A program made the translations under genes and the position numbers. The notes under the pieces were generated by a model, which saw nothing but the letters and a program-made list of their open reading frames with translations, did no database searches and was not told the DNA's origin. Positions 37,360 to 49,972 of a DNA stretch of 64,000 bases are shown here, one piece after another; within the stretch, counting starts at the first letter, position 1; each line of letters begins with the position of its first letter. Origin of the DNA: the human T2T-CHM13v2.0 reference genome, Homo sapiens; the NCBI RefSeq assembly GCF_009914755.1, contig NC_060928.1; one strand, written 5' to 3'.

Positions 37360-37988
37360 TGTTACCGGTGGAGGGTGTCCAGGTTCTTGGCATTTTGAAC
37401 AAAGAATTGGACAAAATGCACAAACAAAGCAATGAAAAAAAGCGTAGATTTACTGAAATGAAAGAACACTACAGAGAGTGGGAGCAGGCTTGAGCAAGTG
37501 GCTCAAGAGCCCTGGTTACAGACTTTTTTGGTATTTAAATACCCTCTAGAAGTTTCCCATTGGTTACTTGGTCTACACCCTATGTAAACGAAGTAGTGGC
37601 CTGTGATCAGTCTGATTGGTTATGGAAAGCCATCCATCAGAGGCTGAAGTGAAGTTACAAAGTTATTCCCTATGCAAACGTCTGATTGGCTGCTGAAAGT
37701 GACCAATCAGAGGCTGAAGTAAAGTTACAAAGTTATACTCCTCTGCGAATGAAGACTTGGCCTGCAATCAGTCTGATTGGTTGCAGGAGGGGACTAATCA
37801 GAGGTACTTTCAATTTTTCATCAGCCAGGCAGAAAAAGTGCGGTGGCAGTGAGTTGCAAAGGGAGTAGCCTCTGGTGGTTTAGTTACTTGTGCATGAAAA
37901 GTTGGGATTTTCCTTTTGATTTAGTTCTAGGAAGTCAGCATGAATTGGCCTTAGGTTTCCTGCCTCCAGACCTTACTGTCCTGCCTTA
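37360..37988 (-). mobile_element. ERV1 solo LTR, MER51A-like
   Basis: Reverse strand starts 'taaggcagg...tctggaggcaggaaacctaaggcc'; repeated CCAAT units; perfect 4-bp TSD gttg. Confidence 0.88.
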
Positions 37989-38166
37989 GTTGGACCACTT
38001 ACATGGTCTAGCTTTTCCCAGAATAAGAGTTCCATAAAAACTTATCAGAAGCTATATGGCTTTTTATGACTTAACCTCAGAAATCAAATAGCAACAGTTC
38101 TAACATATTCTTTAAAAGACAAAACAAAACAAAAACTTAAAAAAAGTCAAAAACAGCCAGTTTCAA

Positions 38167-38754
38167 TTTTTTTTTGGAGGTGGGGTCACACTCTGGTCCA
38201 TGCTAGAGTGCAGTGAAGTGATCCTAGCTCACTGCAGTCTCAAACTGGGCTGCATGATCCTCCCTTCTCAGCCTCCTGAGTAGCTGGGAACACAGACATG
38301 CACCACCACACCTGGCTAATTTTTTTTTTAGAAGGCAGATACTAGTGACATCAATAGAAAAGTGACTAAATAAACCATAGTACATATCTATACTAAAAGA
38401 AACACACATACATAATAAAAAGACACACAAGCTTTTAACAGGGATTACTTCTGGGGAGTACAGCTGAGAAATCACCTTAGGACTTTAGTTTTAATTTTTA
38501 ACCATGACTACATATTACATTCATAATAAAGACAAAAAATGTAAGAGATAAACTTATATGGAAAGGAGTCCAAGAGATAGAAAGGAGTCCAAGAGATAGA
38601 GGGAAGATAGAAAAGCAAAATATACCATTCAAAAGTAGAGATGAAGGTCTCATTATGTTTCCTAGGCTGGTCTTGAACTTCTGGCCTCAAGTGATCCTCC
38701 CACCTTGGCCTCCCAAAATGCTGGGATTATAGGTGTGAGCTGCTGTTCCCAGCC
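38167..38754 (-). mobile_element. AluJ split at its A-rich linker by a ~300-bp insert (38330-38634)
   Basis: Right monomer 38167-38329; left monomer 38635-38754 ('gtagagatg...ggcctcaagtgatcctcccaccttggcc'). Confidence 0.85.
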
Positions 38755-39774
38755 ATATTCTATTTTTCCATTTTAATTTTATTTTTCTTTCTTATTTGTA
38801 ATCTCCATTTTATAGATGAAACTGGCATATTCTATTGATAGAAACAGTCACCAGCCTTCCCAGATTTAAGAGCTGGGATGTAGACACTACTTCTTGATGT
38901 GACTAGGGCATGGTCACATTGCAGGAGAGCATGTGAGATGAGAGATGTTGTTGGGCCTTCCTGAGAAAACAAAGTCGGCTATGAGGATTATGATAAAGTA
39001 CAGTGCATTATGTAGATTCTGTCCTATATTAAATGCTTAGCAAATGGTTACTATATCTATTAATTATAATTAAGAGTGCTACTTAAATCAATTTTAAGTT
39101 AGGATTACTTCTGTCTTTGAAGTTCAAACTCTTTCTTTTGTACTAAAAGGCTCCTCATTCATCCTGTTATACCCAGATACTTAGAAGTCATCCCTGATAC
39201 CTCCCTCTGCCTCACACCCCTTTGTTCCACAACATATATTTGATTCAGCACCAAGAGTCATTGAACCTGCCTTTCAGAAAGCTCCCAAACCTGTCTCTTT
39301 CCTCCAGCTTCACAGCCTCGACCCTAGCCTAAGACACTGCCATCTTTGAACTGCAATATTTGTTTCTTTGCCCCCACCTTGTCCTTTCTCCCATCACTTC
39401 TCCACATTATAGCATCTACTTAAAAGCAAATCTGGTCCTTTAATCACGACATCATAAAACACACCGATCGCTTCTGACTCTCGTTAGGATTAAGACTAAA
39501 ATCTTAAGAGGACCTACATGGAGGGGTCTGGCTCCCCTCTGTCTCTCAACCTCATCTTGTATGATAGTTCACCTGCAGCCCCTCCCTCTAGGCTTCTGCC
39601 AGGCTGGAACTCTTTCACTTCCTGGAACTCCTGGACAGAACTCCATTTCCTTTTGCCACAGAACCCTTCCACATTCTATTGCCTCAGCCCAGATGCTGTT
39701 TATCCTGAGCTCTACAGCTAGACCAGTTACTCCTATTCATTGCTTTTTTGGCTTTAATACTTAACATAGGATGG

Positions 39775-40330
39775 TGTGGGCTGAACTATCAGAAACCAGA
39801 CTTAAACCGGCTTATATAAGAATATGCACTATCTGACATAACAGTAAGCCCAGGGGTAGAAGGACCACCGAGTTGGTTGTTTCAGTGGCTCAGCAATGTC
39901 ACTCACTGAATTGTTTCTGTAACCAAATTCTTTGGGTTTTTCCATGATTTGTTCCCTACATTACCCTCAGCCTAAAGCAGGTAATCCTCCTGCTCACAAT
40001 ATGGCTGCCAGCAGCAATGGAGCCAATATGCACCCGTGTTTCCATCTCCTTCTACCATGGAATATAAATATAAATGTGTTACTTCAGTATAATTGGACCA
40101 ACATGGTTCATGTGCCCAACCTATCCTCAGATGCATAAATTGACAGGGAAGTGTCATGGTGTGATTGGCTTAGACTAATCAGAATTCACCAGTAGAGGTG
40201 TAAAGGTATTAGTGTCTCCTGAGTCATATGATAATGTGGAGAGGAAATGGACTTCTAAATAAAATCTAGGTAATATTAGGAAGGAGAGAGTGGGAAATGG
40301 ATGCTTAGAAGGAAGAAATAGTGCCTACTA
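39775..40330. mobile_element. Old ERVL-type LTR (LTR33-like)
   Basis: 'cacaatatggctgccagcagc', 'gtgtgattggcttagactaatcagaattcacc'. Confidence 0.5.
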
Positions 40331-40379
40331 AAATAGCTATCTGCTTCTTGGTAGCAGTTGCCTTAAGTTGTGATTTTTA

Positions 40380-40905
40380 AAACATTTTAATTGTGGTACA
40401 ATTAAATGTTACATGGTAAAACACATATAGCATAAAATTTACCATCTTAGCTATTTTTAAGTGTACAATGCAGTGACATTAAGTACATTCACATGATTGT
40501 GCCACCATCACCCCCACCATTCATTCATACCTATGGAAGGCAGGGCATCTTGTAAAACCGAAACTCTGTATTTACTAAACAATGTTCCTACTCCTCCCCA
40601 GCCCCTGGTCACGACCATTCTACTTTCTGTCTTGATGAGCTTGACTACTCTAAACACTTGGTATAAGTGGAATCATACAGTGTTTGTCCTTTTGTGACTG
40701 ACTTATTTCACTTGGCATAATGTACCCAAAGTTCATCCATATTGTAGCATATGTCAGAGTGTACTTCTCTTTTAAGGCAAAATAATATTCCATTGTATGT
40801 TATACACATTCCATGTATGTTATACCACGTTTTGTTTATCCTTTCATCTATGGATGAACACTCGGGTTCCTTCTGCTTTTGGCTATTGGGAATAATGCTG
40901 CTATG
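40380..40905 (-). mobile_element. L1MB 3' end
   Basis: 'cataaaatttaccatcttagctatttttaagtgtaca...gtggaatcatacagtgtttgtccttttgtgactg'. Confidence 0.88.
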
Positions 40906-41604
40906 GACCTAGGTTGTAATTTATAGGTATTCCTGGGTGTTTACAATATATGTTCTGTTTTCCTAGGTCTCCCCATGCTGTGAGCTCCACCAGGCAGTAG
41001 CTGTACCTTTTGTTTGTCCTCAGCAGTGCCTCTGTAAACCCAAGACAATGTCCAGCAGAGTGTAGACACTCAAATATTTGTTGATGGAGTGAACAAACAT
41101 TTAATTTGGGATGAATTTCAAATAACCTTACTTCTCTATGATCATATTTTCTTTCCTTAAAAAACCTCATAATTATGTGGAAATATATATGAATGTATAA
41201 CTGGGAGCATACTCAGAAAAAAAAGAAGTTTTGCTAAACCACAATACTCTAACCAGGTGCTATTTACCTGTTTTTGATCATTTGCAGCAATCATACTTTG
41301 ATTTTTACGGTTGAGTAGGATCATATAGTTTAGGAGTTTATAATGAATTTAAACTCAGAATTTTGTGAAGATGATACAGGGACTGGAATGGAAATTCTAC
41401 ATTTTGTTTTACTTTAACTTTCAGCACAAGGGCCCTCTAGTTCTGATGTCAACTCTGAGCCCTCTTCATTAGGACACTGGGAAGAAACTGTAGCCAGTTC
41501 CATGAAGAAAACCATTGACTCGGAGTGGTTTCTTCTTCACTTTGAGCCAAGTTCAGTAGTACTTTTGTCTAATGCGATTCATTCTGAGGTTGGTTAATGT
41601 TTGA

Positions 41605-43050
41605 AAAATTATTATGGAAAATTTCAAACATATAAAAAAGTAGAGATAATAGTATAGTAAATTCCCATATATCCATAATCCAATTCCAACAATTACCAAT
41701 TCAGGGCCAATATTATATTATCTGCATCTCCATCCATTTCCTCCTTCTCCCTGGATTATTTAGGAGCAACTTCTAGACATTGTATCATTTAATCTATATG
41801 AATTTCACCATGTATTTTATAGGTAAGTACTATTTATGGAAATATAATAACAATACTATTTTCATATCTAAATAATTAAAAATAATTACTTATAATAATG
41901 AAATATTGAGTCAATGTTCAAATTTTCCTAATTATTTTATATTTTTAGTAGTTTTTATCAGTAGCCAAATAAGTTTTATATATTGCAATTGTTGGATGTA
42001 CCTCCAGTCTTTTAAAATCTCTTCTCCTTTTCCCTCTATTTTTTTTTTATATTTCCCCTTGCAACTTATTCGTTGAAAAAAAAAAAACCAAAAAAACAAA
42101 AAATGACTCATTTGGCCTGCATTCTTTCCCACACTCTGGATTTTGCTGATTGCATGCTTGTGGCATTGTTTAACATGTTCTCTGCAACTCTATTTCCTGC
42201 AAGTTGGTAGTTCAGTCTTGAAGCTTGATAGATTCAGATTGAAGATCTTAGCAAGAATATCTCAATCTTTAGATGATGGTTTATTTTTCCATTGTATCTA
42301 ATGGACTCTCTTTTTGTGATGATAGTAGCCATTCATGGACATTCCTTGATCCATTATTTTACTAAAGTTCACAAAATGTGAGTTTCTAATTTTATCATTT
42401 TTTTTTTTTTGAAGGAGTTTCTCTCTTGTTGCCCAGGCTGGAGTGCAACAGCACAATCTTGGCTCACCGCAACTTCCGACTCCTGGGTTCGTGATTCTCC
42501 TGCCTCAGTCTTCCAAGTAGCTGGAACTACGGGCATGCACCATCACACCTGGCTAATTTTGTGTTTTTAGTAGAGACAGGGTTTCTCCATGTTGGTCAGG
42601 CTGGTCTCGAACTCCTGACCTCAGGTGATCGGAGGTCACCTCGGCCTCCCAAAATGCTGGGATTACAGCCTGAGCCATGGTGCCCGCTGATTTTTCTTAA
42701 AGCTGGAATGCTTCTGTGAAGACAACCCCCCTCAATAGTCCATTGACTACCCTCAGGTATACTTGGTATAGAAAAGACAGAATTAATGCTTATGTTTTAC
42801 TTTTATTTACCGATTTTTAAACCTTTAAAAGTTACAATGAGATTTTTTCCCTACCCTTTTCCCTTTATTCTTTCATTTTTTCTTTCTTCTTTTTTCTTCT
42901 TTCTTTCCTTCCATCTTTGACCTTCTCTCTCCTCTCTTTCTTTCTCATTATTAGCTCATTCAAACTATTATTAACTATATTTATAACAAAAACATCTTAA
43001 TGCATTTAACTACATTTAACTAATAATTTAAATGTATTTGATGGGCTTCA
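41605..43050 (-). mobile_element. L1MC-type 3' UTR remnant interrupted by AluSp
   Basis: 'ttattatggaaaatttcaaacatataaaaaagtagag', 'tgatagattcagatt', 'gtatagaaaagacagaattaatgctt'. Confidence 0.7.
42398..42688 (-). mobile_element. AluSp
   Basis: Diagnostic 'ctcttgttgcccagg', 'ctcaccgcaac', 'gtttctccatgttggtcagg'. Confidence 0.9.
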
Positions 43051-46000
43051 GTAGGATTTGTAACTTTTAAATTTTAGAACACTTGTTTCTATTTGAAGAA
43101 AATCCTTATATACCACTCCTTGAGTAACACTTTCTTTAAATGTCAATTCTTTGTCAACTGGTTTTTATCCAGACTGTCCCTGCAATATGCTAATGAAGAT
43201 ACACAGGCACAAATCTGAATGAGGCTTCCAATTAAGCAAAAGCTTTTCTGACAAAAAGAAAGACAGATTCAGTTGATTTCATGCTTTCTGCCCTTTATCT
43301 TTCTTCTTCCTACTTGGCATGTGAATGCAATGGCTAGAGGGGTAACAGAGATGATACCGCAAAGAGGATGAACACTTAGATACTCCCTCAGATGGTGGAA
43401 TAGAAATTGAAAGGAACCCAGTTCCTTGATGATTCCCTTCAAGAATTGTTCCATCTCAAGATTACCCAAATTCTACTTATTTAAGAAAACCCCCTAGTTT
43501 TTTAAAGACACTATTTATTAGCATTTTTGATACTTGCAGCCACATGTCTTCACTAATATATTTGTCCAAAGTCATGTTCACAATAAGTGAGAGAGGTTGG
43601 TTTTAAATTTAGGCTTCTTAATATCTAAAACTTGTGATTTTACTAAATAATATAAAGAACCATGGGCAAGGAATACAACTGGATACTTCTGTATAGAGAA
43701 CCCACTCATTAAGTCTTTAATGACCCTCAGATATGCTTTGTACAGAGAAGGCGGCATAAATGGCTGATTGGTAAGCCAGCTTCCCCATGTCCAAGGCTGC
43801 ATGGTTCCTTGACTAAGAGCCCAGGATTACCCTACATTATCAGCATCTCCTCAGGCAGGGAATGAGATGCTTCTGGCCTGGTGTAATGAGCTGATGAAAT
43901 ATACAAACTGTCTCCTGCTTCTTGTCAAATGATTTCCAACCTTTCTATAGCAAGGTGTCCTTTTGTTTTTTATTAACTTTGCAAAGTACAACATGTTTTG
44001 AAAGATTTTTGTCTAAAAAACTACACTTAACATAAATATTGAATCACTTTCCCCTCTACATTTAATCAAATGCACATATAGCCTCTAATCATAGTTTCCG
44101 ATCTCCGTGTCCAGGGTTAGCTCCCTGAGTTGGTTCTAATTTCAGTAAAAAATAAGAATACTTTGGTTCACATGTGTATCCTCAATGTCTGTTAGTATTT
44201 TAAGGATAATAGTAATGTCCCATAGATTCCTGGGTTGTCTTTGAAGCCTCCTGTGAGTCTGGGGACTCTGCTGGGGACCCAGGCTGGGCATACCTGCTCT
44301 AGAGTTTGATGGTCCATATTCCAGGAAGCTGGGTGGTTGTCCCACAAGAAAAGGTTGTAGAAGAGGCTTCTAGGCAGAAGACAGGGTTGATTCTGCTGTG
44401 GATTCCTCTTAGTGCCCCATGTTACTTTTTAGCGAGGCTGACCCCATGATAGGCTGATCTTTGTTGTGCCAGGCCTATTTGGCTCCTCATGCTCACACCT
44501 CCCACTTGGACTCAAGCCAGGCCTGGACCCTGAAAACCCAATCATGGAGCATTTTATGAGCCCCATCTGCAAAGGTAAGTGGGATCTAGAATTGGTCGTG
44601 CTTAGGTATCCAACCTGCCCACTTTGTGCCCTGTGGATTGCTCTGTAGCTTTCCCCTCCTGCCCTTCTTATGCTTATCATGTTCATGATGGTTGAGTTCT
44701 GTTGGAAAAACACTCACTGAGCTCCTGCCATGATCCAGCATAGCACTAGATGCCAGTCTATAAAGATGAGTAAGTTCCCATGTTTATCATCGAACTTCTG
44801 CCTTGATTTCTGGTTGGTAATCAGGTTTTCCTCATTTAAAACTTAATGTAGAAGGATTTATGAGACATGACATAGTTCATGCCAGCCTCCCCCTACCTTC
44901 CACTTGAGTTAGACCCCTCTTGTTCTACCCCCCACTGCTGATGGGATCCTGATACAGCCCAGGTAGATTATCTACCATCTCAACATTGTAGATCCTGCCT
45001 TTCTGCAGGATGGGGCCCTGTTGCCACATCCTTCCCACCAGATCGAGTTCCTATGTTTCCCTCTCCTATGTGACTGTCTCTCCCATTAAACTATGCACTT
45101 CTAGAGGGCAGGGGTATCCCAGCACCATGCTCAGAGCACAGTGAATAGTAGGTACTGGTAACTATTTGTTGAATGATGAATGGTGAGTGCTGCATGCAGA
45201 GGGGAGATGAGAAGCTAGGACCCTGAGAAGTCTGGAAATGGTGTAGGTTGGCCACTGTAGATGACCGTGATGTCACCTGGGGTGGTGATATGGGATGAAG
45301 GGAAGACTGTGGACCAGATACCACTGTCATCATCAGACTATCATGAGAGTGAGTACTAATCAGGTGGTGGTTAGGGAAAGCAGCGGCGGGGTGGAGGTCC
45401 GTGTAGTTGGAGGACCTGAGACTCAAGAGGGAGAGAAGCTTTGACATAGGCAGCTGGGACTGGTGCTGGGGGCCAGCATGCTGAGAGCAACTCTGAGGAA
45501 CATGGAAGGACAGATTGAGAACAGGCTGACTCCACATGAGAGGACTGCAAAGGAATCAGGTTACCAGGGAAGAGCTGATTCTTAGTTAGGGCCAGGACAT
45601 GGTGGGGAGTCTCAGGAGGAGGTTGGGGGTATATGGTATCAGTGAATCACATGGCGAAGGTTGTATGGATGGGCGCCTTAGCTAGATGAGACCCCAGGAT
45701 GGGTCTCATGCATTCTCCTCCTCCACTGAGTCTCAGCTTGCCTCATGTGAGGGTTGATGGCTTTGGCTTTACTCCAACTTCCTGCATCTTCTCTGACTGT
45801 GTCCTGATTTTGACCATGAGCCTTGTTCTTGACAACTGCCTTGTCTCTGGTCCTGGACTCCTACCAGCCCTCCCTCCTCTGAGGAAACCAGACCTGAGCA
45901 GTCATCTCCTGCAGCTTTTCACCTCGACTTATCTCCCCAGCCAGAACTTTTGCTTAATTTGCTTACTGACATTTCACACTGATGTGCGGGGACTCATCAA

Positions 46001-46426
46001 TTGAGTTCCAAGCATATGCATGACTCACATGCATTTGAAGAGTATGTGGAGGAGGGAGGGAAAAAATGAGAGAGAGAGGATTTTAGTCATATAAGTCATC
46101 AAAGAGCCTACCAGGCTTGCTTTGGTTTTGTTTGTTTTAGAAAATGACTGGAGGCCATAATGTTTGAACTTTTTTATTGTGAAGTCTGCTGAGAATTCAA
46201 GCAGGGCCAACCCCAGATACTTCTCTTTCTTCAGTTCCTGAGACAGAAAGAATGAGTCTGAATCTTATTAAGCAGATCCGCAGGACTTGGATTGAAAGAA
46301 ATATGAAAACACAATTTTGTGTTCAAGCCTGGGAAGGAAAAATAACTTCAGAGTGAGCCAGACATATTTTGGAATTCTTTCAGCATCCACACAGCAAGAC
46401 CTACACAGCATAAGATTGTGAAAGTT

Positions 46427-46427
46427 T

Positions 46428-46488
<61 letters not shown>
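46427..46488. repeat. Compound (TG)n(AG)n microsatellite
   Basis: Direct reading. Confidence 0.95.
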
Positions 46489-46779
46489 TATGTGGTCATC
46501 TTCTGGCTGGCAAATTGGTTCCAAAATTTGTACAAGGAGACAATTTCTTTGCTACCAAACTGACTGGTAAAAACATATCACATAGCCTTTAAAGATGGAA
46601 CTTACTTGTTATGAAATTGACACATTTGCTCACCCCTGATTCCTACCAGGAAAGTGCTTTCTCCCACTAGCAACTGAATCCTACTTGTTCTCAGTGTGTG
46701 GCCAGGATCTGCCCTGTTTCCTCCAGCTCACAGAGCATTCCCTCTCTCTTCAGAAACCCCACAGCCCTTATCGTCTCTG

Positions 46780-47045
46780 TCACTTAGTCAAACACAGGTT
46801 GCTATAGCAAAGTACTGTAAATTGGGTGGCTTATAAACAACAGAAACTTATTTCTCACAATTCTGGGGACTGGAAGTCTCAAATCAGGGTGACAGCATCA
46901 TCAGGTTATGGTGAGGGTCTTCTTCCAGGTTGCAGATGGCTTGCTTCTCTCTGTGTCTTCGCATGGCAGAAAGAGGGTGAGAGGATTCTATCATCACCTG
47001 GAGGGTAAAGATTTCAACATATAAATTATAATAAACAGTCTATTT
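46780..47045 (-). mobile_element. MLT1A-like LTR, internally deleted
   Basis: 'gggtggcttataaacaacagaaacttatttctcacaattctggggactggaagtc'. Confidence 0.8.
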
Positions 47046-47288
47046 TCAGGTTGATTCTGGCTTCCTCAAGCCTGACTTTCCTCATAGCTGTGATTTTCTT
47101 CATATTGCTTTCCCTTAAACACAAGTCAGGTCTGTCCTTTAATTTTCTATAATGTGGTTTATAAAACACTATTGAAGACTTGTGGAATGAGAAAGGAATG
47201 ACAATGCAGATGAGTATTACCAGATACAGTTGCTCCTAGCATCCTCAGCTCTTGCCTGTCTTCCAGTTGTGATGCCCAGAGTAGCACC

Positions 47289-47659
47289 CGTATGGTTTGG
47301 CTGTGTCCCCACGCAAAATCTCATCTTGAATTATAATCCCCATAATTCCCACGTGTAAAGGGCAAGACCAGGTGGAGGTAATGGGATCCTGGGGGCAGTT
47401 TCTCCTATGCTGTTCTTATGATAGAGTCTCATGAGATCTGATGGTTTTATAAGCATCTGGCATTTTCTCCTGCTTGCACTCACTTCATCCTGTCACCCTG
47501 CGAAGAAGGTGCCTGCTTCTTCTTTGCCTTCTGCCATGATTGTAAGTTTCCTGAGGCCTCCCCAGCTATGTGGAACTGTGAGTCAATTAAACCTCTTTCC
47601 TTTATAAATTACGCAGTCTCAGGTATTTCTTCATAGCAGTGTGAGAACAGACTAATACA
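47289..47659 (+). mobile_element. THE1 solo LTR (THE1D-like)
   Basis: 'tatggtttggctgtgtccccac...gagtcaattaaacctc...gactaataca'; perfect 5-bp TSD gcacc. Confidence 0.93.
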
Positions 47660-48064
47660 GCACCTGTAGAGGGAGTAGGCAAAATTAGTGCATTTCTCCT
47701 ACCCTAGATTCAGGCCCTTGGCTTTCTAGATACCTTAAGGGAGAATAACCAAGGTTCCCTCTAAACCCTGGGCCTGGTCTGGCCACCCAGTCACAGATCT
47801 TACAGACACAACTGAATTTTTATTGTTTTAGATCTCTCTGTTTCAAAAGGGGCTCTTACTTTACATTTGTCTAATTAAAATGCCCTGTAAGTGTGTTTTC
47901 CTAAACAAGGCCTCTCTCTTCCCTCATAGAGGAATCTAAGCCACCTCCTTGGAAGAAAGAGAAGAATTGTTGGCAGCTTTCAAATGTCAGGGGCACGCTT
48001 CTAACTGTCAAGATTTCAAAACATGTGTACAAGTAGTTGCAGCTAGATCACCCCAGAGCACATT

Positions 48065-49972
48065 AACTATCTTCTCCTTCCCTCATCCTTATGTAGCTAT
48101 TAACATTTTGCGTTAGTGTAGTACATTATTCTTAAAACTGATGAGCCAGTATTGGTATGATTATTAACTGAAATCTGTAGTTTTCATAAAGGTTCAGTTT
48201 TTGTGTTGTACAGTCCTATGGGCTTTGACCAATGCATATTTTCAACTATCCACCATTACAGTATATAGAACAATTTCATTGCCCTAAAAATCCCCTGTGC
48301 TCCACCTCTTCCTTGCTCTTAAATTCTGAAACCCCTAGCAACCTTTGATTTATTTGCTATCTATATAGTTTTGTCTTTTCCAGCATGTAATAGAGTTGCA
48401 ATCATACAGTCTTTTCTGACTCGCTTCTTTTACCTAACAAATACTTTTGAGGTTCCTCCATGTCTTTTCATGGCTTGATAGCTCATTTCCTTTTATCACT
48501 GAATAATGTTCCATTATATGGATGTACCATGGTTTATTTATTCATTTGCCTGTTGGAGACAACTTGCAAGCTTCTAGTTTTTGGTAATTACAAATAAAAC
48601 TGCTGTAAACATTCATGTACAAGTTTTTGTGTGGACATAAGCTTTCAGCTCATTTGGGTAAATACCCAGGAAACATGAGTCCTGGATTATACGGTAAGAG
48701 TATCTCATGTTTTGCAAGAAACTGCCAAATTGTCTTCAAAAGTGGCTATACCATTTTGCATTTCCACCAGCAATAAATAGCAATAAATGAGAGTTCATAT
48801 TGCACCTTATTTGCATTTGGTATTTTAAATTTTAGCTATTCTTATAAATGTATAATAGGATCTTATGTGTTTGCTCCTAGTGTTTTAATTTGTAATTCCC
48901 TAATATGATTACTAAACCTATGCTTATTTGTCATTTGTACATTTTCTTTGGTAAGGTGTCTGTTCAGATCTTTTACCCCCTTTTTTTTTAAATTGGGTAG
49001 TTTGTTTTCTCATTCTTAAGATTTAAGAGTTCTTTGTATATTTTTGGCTACAAGGTGTTTATCAGATATGTGTTTTGTAAATATTTTCTGTAAGTCTGTG
49101 GCTCTTATTTCCATTCTCTTAACAATATATTTTGCAAAGCAGAAGTTTTAAATTTTAATTAAGTCAAATTTGTTCATTTTTCTCTTTCACAGATTGTGCT
49201 GCTCATGTTGTATCTAAAAATTCATCACCAAACTCAAGGTCACCTCAGTACTTTTCTTTGTTATCTTCTTAGTTTTGCACTTTCTTTAGATCTATGCTTC
49301 ATTTAGAGTTAATTTATGTAAAAAGTATAAGATCTGTGATTTATGTATTTATTTTTGCATGTAGATGTCCAGTTGTTTTAGCACCATTTGTTGAAAAGAC
49401 TACCTTTTTTCATTGAATTGCCTTTGCTCTTTTGTCAAAGATCAGTTGACTATATTTGTTTGGGCCTGTTTCTGGGCTATATATTCTGTTTCATTCACCT
49501 GTTTGTCAATTCTTTTACTAAAACAATAATGTCCTGATGGCTGTACAAGCTTTACCGTAAGTGTTGGAGTTGGGTAGTGCCAGTCCTTGACTTTGTTCTT
49601 CTTCAGTATTTTATAGGCTACTTTGAGTCTTTAGCCTTTCCATATAGTTTAGAATCATTTTCTCAATATCCACAAAATAACTTGCTAGAATTTTAATTAG
49701 GACTGTTTTGAATTTGTTAAGAAGATTGACATCTTATCCATGTCATCATTGGGAAGAATTGACATCTTATCATCTCCTATCCATGAACATGGATTATCTC
49801 TCTAATTACTTAGATGTTTGATTTCTTCTGTCAGAATTTTATAGTTTTCTTCATATATATCTTGTGCATATTTTGTTAGATTTATATCTAAGAATTTTAG
49901 TTTTTTGGGTGCTAATGTAAACGGTGTTGTATCTATAATTTCAAATTCCAATTGATCATTGCTGGTATACAG
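48065..49972 (-). mobile_element. L1MC-type element, ~1.9 kb (3' UTR plus end of ORF2), degenerate
   Basis: 'cattgccctaaaaatcccctgtgctccacc', 'gcaccatttgttgaaaagact', 'tgtcaaagatcagttgactata', 'cattgctggtatacag'. Confidence 0.88.

Larger units (their letters stand above)
37050..38985 (-). mobile_element. Old MLT1 LTR (MLT1K-like), fragmented by MER51 and Alu insertions
   Basis: Pieces at ~37050-37359, ~37993-38111 and ~38826-38985 ('catattctattgatagaaacagtcaccagccttcccagatt'). Confidence 0.55.

Noticed and set aside
40787-40826. Small duplications in L1 and MLT copies (also 48772-48789, 49724-49771, 52348-52364)
   Set aside because: Ordinary slippage in neutrally decaying repeats
45091-45537. 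148-aa minus-strand ORF, the longest in the window
   Set aside because: Ser/Pro/His-rich with no domain. It overlaps an L2 3' end and possibly a decayed L2 ORF2 remnant, so it is not supportable as a gene.
48065-49972. Possible active L1 or reverse-transcriptase ORF
   Set aside because: Degenerate and truncated; no ORF of 60 aa or more in the track
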